From an uncultured Planctomycetaceae bacterium (GTDB lineage: Bacteria > Planctomycetota > Planctomycetia > Pirellulales > PALSA-1355): 64,000 nucleotides of DNA. Every line of letters begins with the position of its first letter. The stretch's first letter is position 1. A model generated the notes under the pieces. It was not told the DNA's origin and did no database searches. It saw nothing but the letters and a program-made list of their open reading frames with translations. The position numbers and the translations under genes are program-made. The DNA lies in contig CAWAUV010000007.1 in NCBI GenBank assembly GCA_963785305.1, forward strand, positions 1,632,001-1,696,000, given 5' to 3'. Shown here one piece after another: positions 47,855 to 57,099 of the stretch.

Positions 47855-49790
47855 GTGCGCCGGCGCGAAGCCGGAGGAGAGTAGCGAATGAAAGAGTCGC
47901 ACGAGGCAAGGCCTAGCCAGCCACCTCGGCCTCGAGTGATGCGTCGTGTCGGGCAACTGGCAGGGCGAAGCGTTCACAGAGGCACGGCCGGGCGGTGTAT
48001 CGAGCTCCGAAAACATTCTTTTGTGGCGGCCGACCTTGTCCTGACCCCGTCGCTCGATTCATGCGGGAAGGCAACAGTGATGTCGAACGATCATGGCGAG
48101 TCCGACGTCTCCCCCACGGAGTCTGAGACCACCCGCACGGCCGGAAACTTTTCTCGCGGAAGCCGGGAGATCCCGGGAACATCCGCTTCACCGGAAGCGG
48201 ATCGGTCGGAGAAGGCGCGAGGCCACAAGTCCGACATGCACGTTCCCGGGGAGTCAGACAGTTCCATAGTACCAAAGAAGCAGGCGAACAACGACAGCGT
48301 GCCGCTGTCGGCGGAGCCCGTGGAGGGAAGGGAGCTGACCGAGGAGAACGCCGAGCAGTCGCTACTGGACCGGACACAGCGCCGGGCTCCCAGGTCGCGC
48401 GGACTGCTGGGCGTGCGAGAAGCGGCACAACGCGACAAGAAGATGCGGTTCAACAATCTGCTGAACCATGTCACGCCCGAACTGCTGGTGGCGAGTTTCT
48501 TCGACCTGAAGAAGCAAGCCGCGCCCGGCGTCGATGGCCTGACATGGGCTCAATACGCCACCGATTTCGAAACGCGGATCGACGATCTGCACAGTCGAAT
48601 CCATCGGGGAGCTTATCGAGCCAGGCCGTCCAAGCGAACTTGGATTCCCAAGCTCGACGGCAAGCCGCGGCCCCTCGGGATCGCGGCGCTGGAGGACAAG
48701 ATCGTCCAGCAAGCCGTACGGACGATCCTGGAGTGCATCTACGAAGAGGACTTTCTGGGTTTCAGTTACGGCTTTCGTCCTGGACGAAGCTGTCACCGAG
48801 CCTTGGACGCGCTCTACGTGGGCATCAAGAAGCGGAAAGTGAACTGGATTTTGGATGCGGACATCCGCGGCTTCTTCGACAACATCGACCACGCATGGTT
48901 GATGAAGTTCCTGGAGCATCGGATCGCCGACCGACGACTGCTTCGGCTGCTGAAGAAATGGCTTCGAGCCGGAGTGTCGGAAGATGGCGAATGGTCCCCG
49001 AGCACCGTGGGAACACCTCAAGGAGCGGTGATTTCGCCGCTCTATTCGAACGTGTTCTTGCACTATGTTCTGGACCTGTGGCTGGTGGCGTGGCGGAAAC
49101 GCCATGCCGTGGGCGAGGTCATCATCGTGCGCTATGCGGACGATTTCGTAGTCGGATTCCGCGAGGAGTCCGACGCGCGACGCTGCCTGGCGGCGCTCCG
49201 GGAACGCTTCACCAAATTCGGTTTGGAACCGCACCCGGAGAAGACGCGGCTGATCGAGTTCGGACGCTATGCGGCCGAACGACGATCGAAGCGTGGCGAT
49301 GGCCCACCGGAGACATTCGACTTCCTGGGCTTCACCCACATCAGTGGCGTGACCCGGAAGGGCGAATTCACCATTCGCCGCATCTCATCGGCCAAGAAGT
49401 TTCGTGGCAAACTGCGCGAACTGAAAGAAGCGCTGCGCGGGAAAATGCACATGGACTTGGCGCAAGTCGGGCCATGGCTATCGAGCGTTTACCGGGGATG
49501 GCTCAATTACCATGCGATTCCCGGCAACTCGGTGCGATTGCAACAATTCCGCACGGCGCTCCAGAAACTCTGGCTCCGCATGCTGCGGCGACGCAGCCAA
49601 CGCGGACGCCGGATGACCTGGCGGAAGTTCTCGCAGCTTTGCAAACGATGGCTTCCCACCCCGAAAATCCTGCATCCTTATCCCGAAGTGCGGTTTGATC
49701 GTTTGTATCCAAGGTAGGAGCCGTATGCGGTAGTTCCGCACGTACGGATCTGTGCGGGGGGTGGCCCGAAAGGGCCATCCCTACCGCGAT
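47855..49790 (+). mobile_element. Group II intron, copy 2 (1936 nt)
   Basis: GTGCGCCGGC start, domain V/VI, ends CTACCGCGAT. Confidence 0.95.
48413..49717 (+). CDS. ltrA: Group II intron reverse transcriptase/maturase
   Basis: RYADD motif; visible differences from copy 1 are DDLH/DDPH and LEPH/LELH. Confidence 0.95.
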   Translation: MREAAQRDKKMRFNNLLNHVTPELLVASFFDLKKQAAPGVDGLTWAQYATDFETRIDDLHSRIHRGAYRARPSKRTWIPKLDGKPRPLGIAALEDKIVQQAVRTILECIYEEDFLGFSYGFRPGRSCHRALDALYVGIKKRKVNWILDADIRGFFDNIDHAWLMKFLEHRIADRRLLRLLKKWLRAGVSEDGEWSPSTVGTPQGAVISPLYSNVFLHYVLDLWLVAWRKRHAVGEVIIVRYADDFVVGFREESDARRCLAALRERFTKFGLEPHPEKTRLIEFGRYAAERRSKRGDGPPETFDFLGFTHISGVTRKGEFTIRRISSAKKFRGKLRELKEALRGKMHMDLAQVGPWLSSVYRGWLNYHAIPGNSVRLQQFRTALQKLWLRMLRRRSQRGRRMTWRKFSQLCKRWLPTPKILHPYPEVRFDRLYPR

Positions 49791-49949
49791 ACTCATTGAT
49801 TGGCGTATGGTCGAGAGCCATGCCGGAAAAATGCGCTTGCGGACGGATTGCCCAATAGGGCCCAATAGGGAGTCGACCTGTTAGCCGCTGTGCTCGGCGC
49901 AATCTGGCAAACTGCTTGGCCGCGGGGGGAAGCCTGCTATACTGCCGCG

Positions 49950-50921
49950 ATGCCCATTTTAATCGGTACCGACGAAGCCGGCTACGGACCCAACCTGGGC
50001 CCGCTGGTGATCTCGGCGACCGTCTGGCAAGTCGACGCCGCGGAGCCGCGCTGTTTGTATGAACGGCTCCAGGGCGTCGTCGAGCGGCTGCCCTCGCGCG
50101 CTGCCGGCGCCACCGAGTTGCCGCTGGCGATCGCCGATTCCAAAGCGCTCTACAAAGCGGGCGAGGGGCTCGATCTGCTCGAGCGCGGCGTGCTGGCGAT
50201 GTTGGCCTTGGCGGGGCGAGCGCCCGCAAGTTGGGGGCAACTCTTCGAACTATTGCTCGGCCCCGATGGGCTCGATGAACTTTGCCGAGTGCCCTGGCAC
50301 CAGGAGTTCGAGCTGCGACTGCCGCTGGCGGTCGATGCCGCGAGCTTGGCTACCCTTGCGCCGAGCTTGGCCTCTGGATTGGCCGCGGCCGGAGTTCGGC
50401 TGCTGCGGGTGCGGAGCGAAGCGGTATTTCCCGACCGCTTCAACCGCCTCGTGGCGGAGCACGGCAGCAAGGGCGAAGTGCTCTCCCGGCTCACGCTCGG
50501 CCTTGTGGCCGAAGTGTTGCCCGACTGTCGCGATGAATCGATCACGATTTATTGCGACAAACATGGCGGCCGCAATCGCTATGGCGCCCTCGTGCAGCGG
50601 CAATGGCCTGATCCGCTGATCGAAGTGCATCGCGAGGCCACGGCCGAGAGCGTGTATCGCTGGCGGCAGGACGGGCAGCGTTTCGAAGCCCGATTCGTCG
50701 CTCGCGGCGAAGCGTGGCTGCCGACGGCCGCGGCGTCGATGGTGTCGAAGTATCTTCGCGAGCTCGCGATGCGGGCGTTCAACGATTACTGGCTACTGCA
50801 TTTGCCCGAACTTCGGCCCACGGCGGGCTATCCCGGCGACGCGTCGCGATTCAAACTCGCGATCGCTCCGGTGCAAGCCGCGTTGGGCATCAGCGATCAA
50901 GTGCTGTGGCGGGAGCGATAA
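49950..50921 (+). CDS. Ribonuclease HII-like protein
   Basis: IGTDEAGYGPNLGPLV, DSK, AAASMVSK and GYP motifs. Confidence 0.75.
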   Translation: MPILIGTDEAGYGPNLGPLVISATVWQVDAAEPRCLYERLQGVVERLPSRAAGATELPLAIADSKALYKAGEGLDLLERGVLAMLALAGRAPASWGQLFELLLGPDGLDELCRVPWHQEFELRLPLAVDAASLATLAPSLASGLAAAGVRLLRVRSEAVFPDRFNRLVAEHGSKGEVLSRLTLGLVAEVLPDCRDESITIYCDKHGGRNRYGALVQRQWPDPLIEVHREATAESVYRWRQDGQRFEARFVARGEAWLPTAAASMVSKYLRELAMRAFNDYWLLHLPELRPTAGYPGDASRFKLAIAPVQAALGISDQVLWRER

Positions 50922-50924
50922 ACA

Positions 50925-51413
50925 ATGTGGCTCTATCTTGTGCGTCATGCCTATGCCGGCGAACACGGCGACCCGCGCTATCCTGACGACAGCGTGCGTC
51001 CGCTGACCGGCAAGGGGCGGAAGAAGTTTGCTCGCATGTGCCGCAGACTGGTGGAGCGGGGACTCGCGCCGGAACGGATCGCCACCAGCCCTTTAGTGCG
51101 ATGTTTGCAGACCGCCGAGATTCTGGCCGAAGCGACCGGCTGCCCGGCGCCGGCGCCGCTCGCGGCTCTCGAGCCGGGTAGCGACCTGGGCGGCGTCTTG
51201 AGCTGGACAGCCGAGCAAAAGGCGTCGCGCGTTGCCTGGGTCGGCCACTCGCCCGACGTCGATCATTTGGCGGGCGTGCTCATCGGCTCGGGCGCCAATC
51301 TCGCATTTGCCAAAGGGGCGATCGCGGCGATCGACTTTGGGCCGGGCCAGCCGGTAATTCCGGGCCGCGGCGAACTGCGCTGGTTCGCGACCGTCAAGCT
51401 GCTTGGCGGCTGA
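50925..51413 (+). CDS. sixA: Phosphohistidine phosphatase SixA
   Basis: LVRHA, RPLT, SPLVRCLQTA, VGHSP motifs. Confidence 0.85.
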   Translation: MWLYLVRHAYAGEHGDPRYPDDSVRPLTGKGRKKFARMCRRLVERGLAPERIATSPLVRCLQTAEILAEATGCPAPAPLAALEPGSDLGGVLSWTAEQKASRVAWVGHSPDVDHLAGVLIGSGANLAFAKGAIAAIDFGPGQPVIPGRGELRWFATVKLLGG

Positions 51414-51561
51414 TATCCGGGTCGCGAACAACCATGGGGCCGGTTGGCGACGCTCGACTCGCGTGGCTTGAATCGGGCACAATTGCTGATATGATGATCG
51501 CGGACTTCCTGCCGCCCCCCAAGTGGGCATTTTCGACGCCGCCTTGGCGCCGATCCCGATG

Positions 51562-51659
51562 TGTTCGAGCAGCTGGCATGTTCGAGCAGCTGGCATGTTC
51601 GAGCAGCTGGCATGTTCGAGCAGCTGGCATGTTCGAGCAGCTGGCATGTTCGAGCAGCT
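51562..51659. repeat. 17-bp perfect tandem repeat (TGTTCGAGCAGCTGGCA, 5 full copies + 13 nt)
   Basis: Read directly; no spacers. Confidence 0.97.
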
Positions 51660-51769
51660 TGTCGCGCTCGATGTTCCTACCGTTCCGATTTTCCATCGCC
51701 TCGAAGTCTTTGCATTTTCGAACGATCTTGGCGGAGCTTGCAACTGTCATGAATAGTGCGTGGAGCTTG

Positions 51770-53269
51770 ATGAATCGTCGTTGGCCTCTGCTAGTGGCTG
51801 GCATGATTGCCCTCGGCCTCGTCGACGGATGCGCCGACGCGGATCACGACAAACCGGTGGCCGAGCGCCCGGTTTCCAAGACCGAGGCGAGCCGCCCGGC
51901 GTCAACGGTTTCAGCCGAGAGCCCTGAAAAATCATCGACGCTCGATAAATCGGCGATGCCCGAGGCCGATCAGAAAGCCGCCGCTTCTGGCCCGAAGGAA
52001 TCGGCCGAGGCGCCGCCGACCGTGAATTCGAACGTGCAGGGCACTGAAGAACAAAGCTTGATCCAAAAGACCGGCGATTCGATGAAGCCGACGGCAGGCG
52101 CCGAACCGACTCCTGAACCCGGCAGCCCGCGCGTGCTCCTGGGCTCGCCCGAGCTCACGGCCGGCATTCCCGGCTCGGGTCCGCTGAGCGATGAAGAGCT
52201 TCGCGCGTGGCTCGACAATCCGCAAAACATGCAACCGTTTGATATCGAGTTGCCGCTGGGGCTCTCGCTCGGCGCGTTGCAGATCAAGGGGCTCGATAAA
52301 AACCCGCTTACCCGAGCCAAGATCGAGCTTGGGCGGCAGCTTTATTTCGATCCGCGTCTATCGGCCGACGCAACGGTAAGCTGCGCCAGTTGCCATCATC
52401 CCGACAGTGGCTGGGTGGCGCACACCCAGTTCGGAGTCGGCATTGGCGGGCAGACCGGCAACCGCAACTCGCCGCCCAGCTTCAACCGTATTTTGAGCGA
52501 CGCGCAGTTCTGGGATGGCCGGGCGCCTTCGCTCGAAGCGCAGGCCCTGGGCCCGATCGCCAACCCGATCGAGATGGGCAACACGCATTCGGCGTGTCTG
52601 GAAACATTGGCGAAAATTCCCGGCTACAAGCTCGAGTTCGATAAGATTTTCACCGAAATGACCATCGAAGCCGTGGGCGCGGCGATCGCCAGCTTCGAGC
52701 GGGCCGTGGTTTCGGGACCCTCGCCCCATGATTACCACGAACGGTTCGTGCCGCTGGCCAAGGAAAACGCCGACGATCTGAAGGCCGATGATCCCGATCT
52801 CTACGCCAAATATGTCGAATACAAGAAAGCGTGCGACGACCACCCGATGTCGGAAAGCGCTCTCCGCGGACGTGATCTGTTCTTCGGCGAAAAGGCCAAT
52901 TGCACCGCTTGCCATGTGGGACCCAATTTCAGCGACGAGCTCTATCACAATCTGGGCGTGGGCATGGAAGCCGAAACTCCGGACGTGGGCCGGGAATCAG
53001 TGACCCACAACGAGCTCGACCGTGGCGCTTTCAAAACGCCCACGATTCGCAATGTCGCCCTCACCGGCCCCTACATGCACGATGGGTCGCAAAAGACCCT
53101 GGAAGAAGTCGTCGAGTGGTATGCCAAGGGCGGGCATCCCAACAAATGGCTGGACCTCAAGATCAAGAAGCTCGACCTCTCGGATCAAGACAAAAAAGAC
53201 TTGGTCGAGTTCATGAAGTCATGCACCGGCGATTTTCCGAAAGTCGAGACCGATCGCTTGCCGAAGTAA
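51770..53269 (+). CDS. Di-heme cytochrome c peroxidase family protein with N-terminal low-complexity linker
   Basis: CASCH and CTACH heme motifs, FWDGRA, FKTPTIRNVALTGPYMHDG; signal peptide ending VDGC. Confidence 0.88.
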   Translation: MNRRWPLLVAGMIALGLVDGCADADHDKPVAERPVSKTEASRPASTVSAESPEKSSTLDKSAMPEADQKAAASGPKESAEAPPTVNSNVQGTEEQSLIQKTGDSMKPTAGAEPTPEPGSPRVLLGSPELTAGIPGSGPLSDEELRAWLDNPQNMQPFDIELPLGLSLGALQIKGLDKNPLTRAKIELGRQLYFDPRLSADATVSCASCHHPDSGWVAHTQFGVGIGGQTGNRNSPPSFNRILSDAQFWDGRAPSLEAQALGPIANPIEMGNTHSACLETLAKIPGYKLEFDKIFTEMTIEAVGAAIASFERAVVSGPSPHDYHERFVPLAKENADDLKADDPDLYAKYVEYKKACDDHPMSESALRGRDLFFGEKANCTACHVGPNFSDELYHNLGVGMEAETPDVGRESVTHNELDRGAFKTPTIRNVALTGPYMHDGSQKTLEEVVEWYAKGGHPNKWLDLKIKKLDLSDQDKKDLVEFMKSCTGDFPKVETDRLPK

Positions 53270-53378
53270 ACGCTCGTCGCGAGAATTCATAAGGTCGCGG
53301 CGCAAATGGGTCGTCGAGCGTCCGTTGTCCCCGCGGCTTGGTCTCCGTCCCTGGTCTATCAGCAAAGTCGTTCGTCGC

Positions 53379-53783
53379 GTGAATGAAGAGCAACTATACC
53401 AGGAGCATATCCTGGAGCATTACGAAGACCCCTTTCATCGCGGCCGATGTCCCGCGGCCACGCACGCGCACGAAGACGACAACCCTCTGTGCGGCGATGT
53501 GGTGCGAATGGAGCTCGCCATTGGCGCGGGCGGCGTGATCGACGACGCGTATTTCAGCGGCGATGGCTGCTGCATCAGCCAGGCGGCGGCCTCGATGTTG
53601 ACCGAACGCATGCAGGGCAAATCGGTCGACGACGTGAAACGGTTCACGGCCCTGGAAATGCTCGATCTTTTCGGCGCCCGGCTCACGCCCAATCGCCAGA
53701 AATGCTGCCTCTTGCCCTGGCGCGTCTTGCAAGCGGCGGTGTTCGCCCCGCTCGATGGCGAGTCGCCGAGCCAGGGCCAATAG
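53379..53783 (+). CDS. sufU: SufU/NifU-type Fe-S assembly protein
   Basis: LYQEHILEH, NPLCGD, GCCISQAAAS, RQKC. Confidence 0.88.
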   Translation: MNEEQLYQEHILEHYEDPFHRGRCPAATHAHEDDNPLCGDVVRMELAIGAGGVIDDAYFSGDGCCISQAAASMLTERMQGKSVDDVKRFTALEMLDLFGARLTPNRQKCCLLPWRVLQAAVFAPLDGESPSQGQ

Positions 53784-53883
53784 CGGCGCCGATCGGCGCC
53801 GACTTTTCGCTCGGGGCAAACAGCGCTGCTCGCTTCGGTCGTGAATCGGGTTTTGTGTTTTGCCGGCGAAGGGGTTTCCGCCC

Positions 53884-55145
53884 ATGTCTGAACCAATTCT
53901 CTCCGCCGCGCTCGACGTGGAGCGGCTTCGGGCCGACTTCCCGATCTTGCAAACAATCTTGCGCGGTCGCGAGCCGCTGGCGTATCTCGACAACGCCGCT
54001 TCGACCCAACGTCCCCGGCAGGTGATCGATGCGATCGTGCATTGCTTCGAGCACGAATACGCCAATGTCCACCGCGGAATCCATTGGCTGAGCGAGCGGA
54101 GCACCGATCGTTTCGAGCAGCGCGCGAGCGGGTGCGACAATTCATTGGCGCCGCGGCAGTGGAAGAAATCATCTTCACCCACGGCGCCACGGAAAGCATC
54201 AACCTCGTGGCCCGCGCCTGGGGCGACGCGAATTTACGGCCCGGCGATGAAGTGCTTCTCACGCAGACTCGAGCACCACGCCAATATCGTTCCCTGGCAG
54301 CAGCTCGCCGAGCGCCGCGGAATCACGCTCCGCTGGGCGCCGATCGACGACCGAGGCTGCCTTGTGCTCGATGCCCTCGACGAACTGCTCACCGACCGCA
54401 CTCGGCTCGTGGCCGTGACGGCGGTGTCGAATGTGTTGGGAGTCGAAAACCCGGTGGCCGAGATCGTGGCCCGGGCCCATGCGGTGGGCGCATTGGCCCT
54501 GGTCGACGCGGCGCAGAGCGTGCCACACCAAGTGACCGACGTGCGCTGCTCGGCGCCGACTTTCTCGCCTTCAGCGGACACAAGATGCTCGGTCCCACGG
54601 GAGTGGGAGTGCTCTATGGCCGGCGCGAGCTGCTCGAAGCCATGCCGCCTTTTCTGGGCGGAGGCGGCATGATCCGCCGGGTGCGCGAAGATGGCTTCGA
54701 GCCCGCTGATTTGCCGGCGAAGTTCGAAGCCGGCACGCCTCCGATCGTGGAAGTCATCGGCCTCGCCGCCGCGATCGACTATCTCGCGGCGGTCGGCCTC
54801 GAACGCATCCATGACCACGAGCGACGGCTCGCCCGGCTGGCCCACGGGCGACTCGGCGGCGTGCCGGGTGTGCGGCTGCTCGGGCCGGGCGCCGAACACA
54901 CGGCCGGGATCGTGAGTTTCGTGTGCGACGCCCATCCGCACGATGTGGCGCAGATGCTCGATGAACAGGGAATCGCGGTGCGCGCGGGCCACCACTGCGC
55001 GATGCCCCTGCACAAGCGCCTGGGCATCTCGGCCAGCACCCGGGCCAGCTTCTACCTCTACAACACCGAGGAAGAAGTCGAGCGGTTGGCCGCGGCCGTG
55101 GCCCGCACCCAGACCGTGTTGGGCAAGAAGAGCCGGCGGCGGTGA
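53884..55145 (+). CDS. sufS: Cysteine desulfurase SufS (three apparent frameshifts, likely artefacts)
   Basis: YLDNAAST, EHHANIVPW, FSGHKM, RAGHHCA spread over two frames. Confidence 0.9.
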
Positions 55146-55431
55146 TCGGCCGCGACAGGGGGGGCCGGCTGTTCGAAAATCGGCGCGATGTCGCGATGTC
55201 CTGGTGGTCGCGAGACGCAAGTCGCGATCGTCGAGCGCACCCGCTTGCCACCGGTGCGAATTTGCCGATTGGCGCCGCTTCGGCCGATCTTGACGGTTGT
55301 GGGAGATGGCGCCCGAGCGGACCGCGCCGGTTCGCGGCATTCCGAGCGCCGCGGTTGAGCTAGAGTTGTGTGGCGAGCTCTCGCCCAACGCGCATTTCGA
55401 CTCGAAAACTCCTCACGGCGAAGCGGGAATC

Positions 55432-57099
55432 ATGGACTTGGTGGTGAACCAAAACGCGGCGGTGGCTCTCGATCATTTGGTCGCGCGGGCCGGGCAACTC
55501 TATAGCTTGCCGGCGGTGGCGCTCGAAGTGCTCGAGCTCACCCAGCAGCCGCAGATCGATATTCGCGCGGTGAAAGAGTGTATCGAAAACGATCCGGCGC
55601 TCACGACCAAAGTGCTTCGCGTGGTCAACAGTTCGCTCTTCGGCCTCGGCCGCGAAGTGAGCGACCTGAATCACGCGCTCACGCTGCTGGGCATCAAGCC
55701 GCTGAAGCTACTCGTGCTCGGGTTTTCGCTCTCCGACGCGGTGTTTTCCAAACTCACCGGCCGCTGGATCGGCCGCTACTGGCGCCACACCTTGATCAAG
55801 GCGGTCTCGGCCCGCGAGATCAGCGAAACGATTTGGCGCGTGCCCGGCGACGAGCCGTTTCTGATCGCGCTGCTTCAGGACCTGGGCCTCTTGGTCTTGC
55901 TGCAAGAGCTGGGCGAGCCGTTCGCGGCGTTTCTTGATCGTGTGTGGAAAGCCGATGGCGACCTGTTGTCGCTGGAGCGCGAATCGCTCGGCTTCGATCA
56001 TCGCGAGCTCACGGCCCGCATGCTGGCCCTGTGGGGACTACCGCCGCAATTCATCACGGGAGTGCTCGCCGATCGCAACGAACAGGATTTTCTCGCGGGC
56101 CTGCCGGCCCAGCGGGCGCTGCCACCCACCTTGCGGCTCGCCGAGCTCATGAGCGACCTCTTGGCCGAAGGCCGGCCCCGAGCGCTCGAGACGCTGTTGG
56201 CCGGCGAATCGCCGGTTCCGATGTCGCACGACCAGCTTTTGGCGTTCGTCGAGCGCAGTCAGTTGAAAATGGACAATCTGGCCGAAGTTTTTTCGCTCGA
56301 ACTGCCCGAGGGACAGACCAATCGCGAGATGTTGGCCAAGGCCCAGACGCAATTGGCCTTGGTGGCCGAGGCCGCGGCGGTCGAGTTGCTCGCGGCTCGT
56401 CGATCATCGCGGGGCATCGATATCGAAATCGAGCAAAGTCTGCTGGCCCAGGCGCGCGACTTGACGAACAGCCTCCGCCGGGCGATTTCGCAAGGCGCTC
56501 GACCCGCGGAGCCGATCGCTCCGACCGGGGCGCCGCTTCGCCGGCAACATGCCGCCGCGCCGCTGCCGAAGCCGATCTTGAAGCGAACCGCCATCACCCA
56601 AGAGATCGATTCATCGATCGACCACGATCCGACCCTCGATGTCGGTCTCGCGACCGCCGTGGCGGCTTGCCGTCATTCGCGCATCGCGCTGAGTCTCGCG
56701 CTGATCGAGATCGACGAATTCGACCGCATCGAGCGCGAGCAGGGGCAACTGCGGGCCCAGGGCATCTTGGAGCAATTGGCCACGGCCTGCCAGCGATTCA
56801 ACGCGCCGGCCATGATGTGCTTTCGGACGCGGCGCACCCGTTTTGCCCTGGTGTTGCCCAACTGGGACCGTCACCAGTGCTCCGAGTTTCATCAACAGTT
56901 GCTCGAAAGCCTGCGGGATATCGTGATCGAAGAGCCCGATGGGCAATTGAGCGTGGTGTCGGTGAGCGTGGGGCTGGCGTCGGTCAGTCATCCGCCGAAG
57001 AACTTCGACCCGCGATCGCTGCTCGAAAGCGCGACCCGGTGCTTGGCCGCCGCCCGGCGCTCGGGCGGCGGAGCGATCAAGAGCATCGGCATTTATTGA
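55432..57099 (+). CDS. HDOD domain protein with degenerate C-terminal GGDEF-like domain
   Basis: LYSLP...DPALTTKVLRVVNS...GFDH; C-terminal IEIDEFD...VSVG fold pattern without the GGDEF motif. Confidence 0.8.
   Translation: MDLVVNQNAAVALDHLVARAGQLYSLPAVALEVLELTQQPQIDIRAVKECIENDPALTTKVLRVVNSSLFGLGREVSDLNHALTLLGIKPLKLLVLGFSLSDAVFSKLTGRWIGRYWRHTLIKAVSAREISETIWRVPGDEPFLIALLQDLGLLVLLQELGEPFAAFLDRVWKADGDLLSLERESLGFDHRELTARMLALWGLPPQFITGVLADRNEQDFLAGLPAQRALPPTLRLAELMSDLLAEGRPRALETLLAGESPVPMSHDQLLAFVERSQLKMDNLAEVFSLELPEGQTNREMLAKAQTQLALVAEAAAVELLAARRSSRGIDIEIEQSLLAQARDLTNSLRRAISQGARPAEPIAPTGAPLRRQHAAAPLPKPILKRTAITQEIDSSIDHDPTLDVGLATAVAACRHSRIALSLALIEIDEFDRIEREQGQLRAQGILEQLATACQRFNAPAMMCFRTRRTRFALVLPNWDRHQCSEFHQQLLESLRDIVIEEPDGQLSVVSVSVGLASVSHPPKNFDPRSLLESATRCLAAARRSGGGAIKSIGIY

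Noticed and set aside
47888..48412. N-terminal extension giving a 609-aa RT
   Set aside because: It runs through ribozyme domains I-III and is most likely a chance open frame in GC-rich RNA.
49851..49870. CCCAATAGGG direct repeat (2 copies)
   Set aside because: Too short and isolated to assign a function.
51562..51659. Possible CRISPR array
   Set aside because: Units are contiguous with no spacers and no cas genes are nearby.
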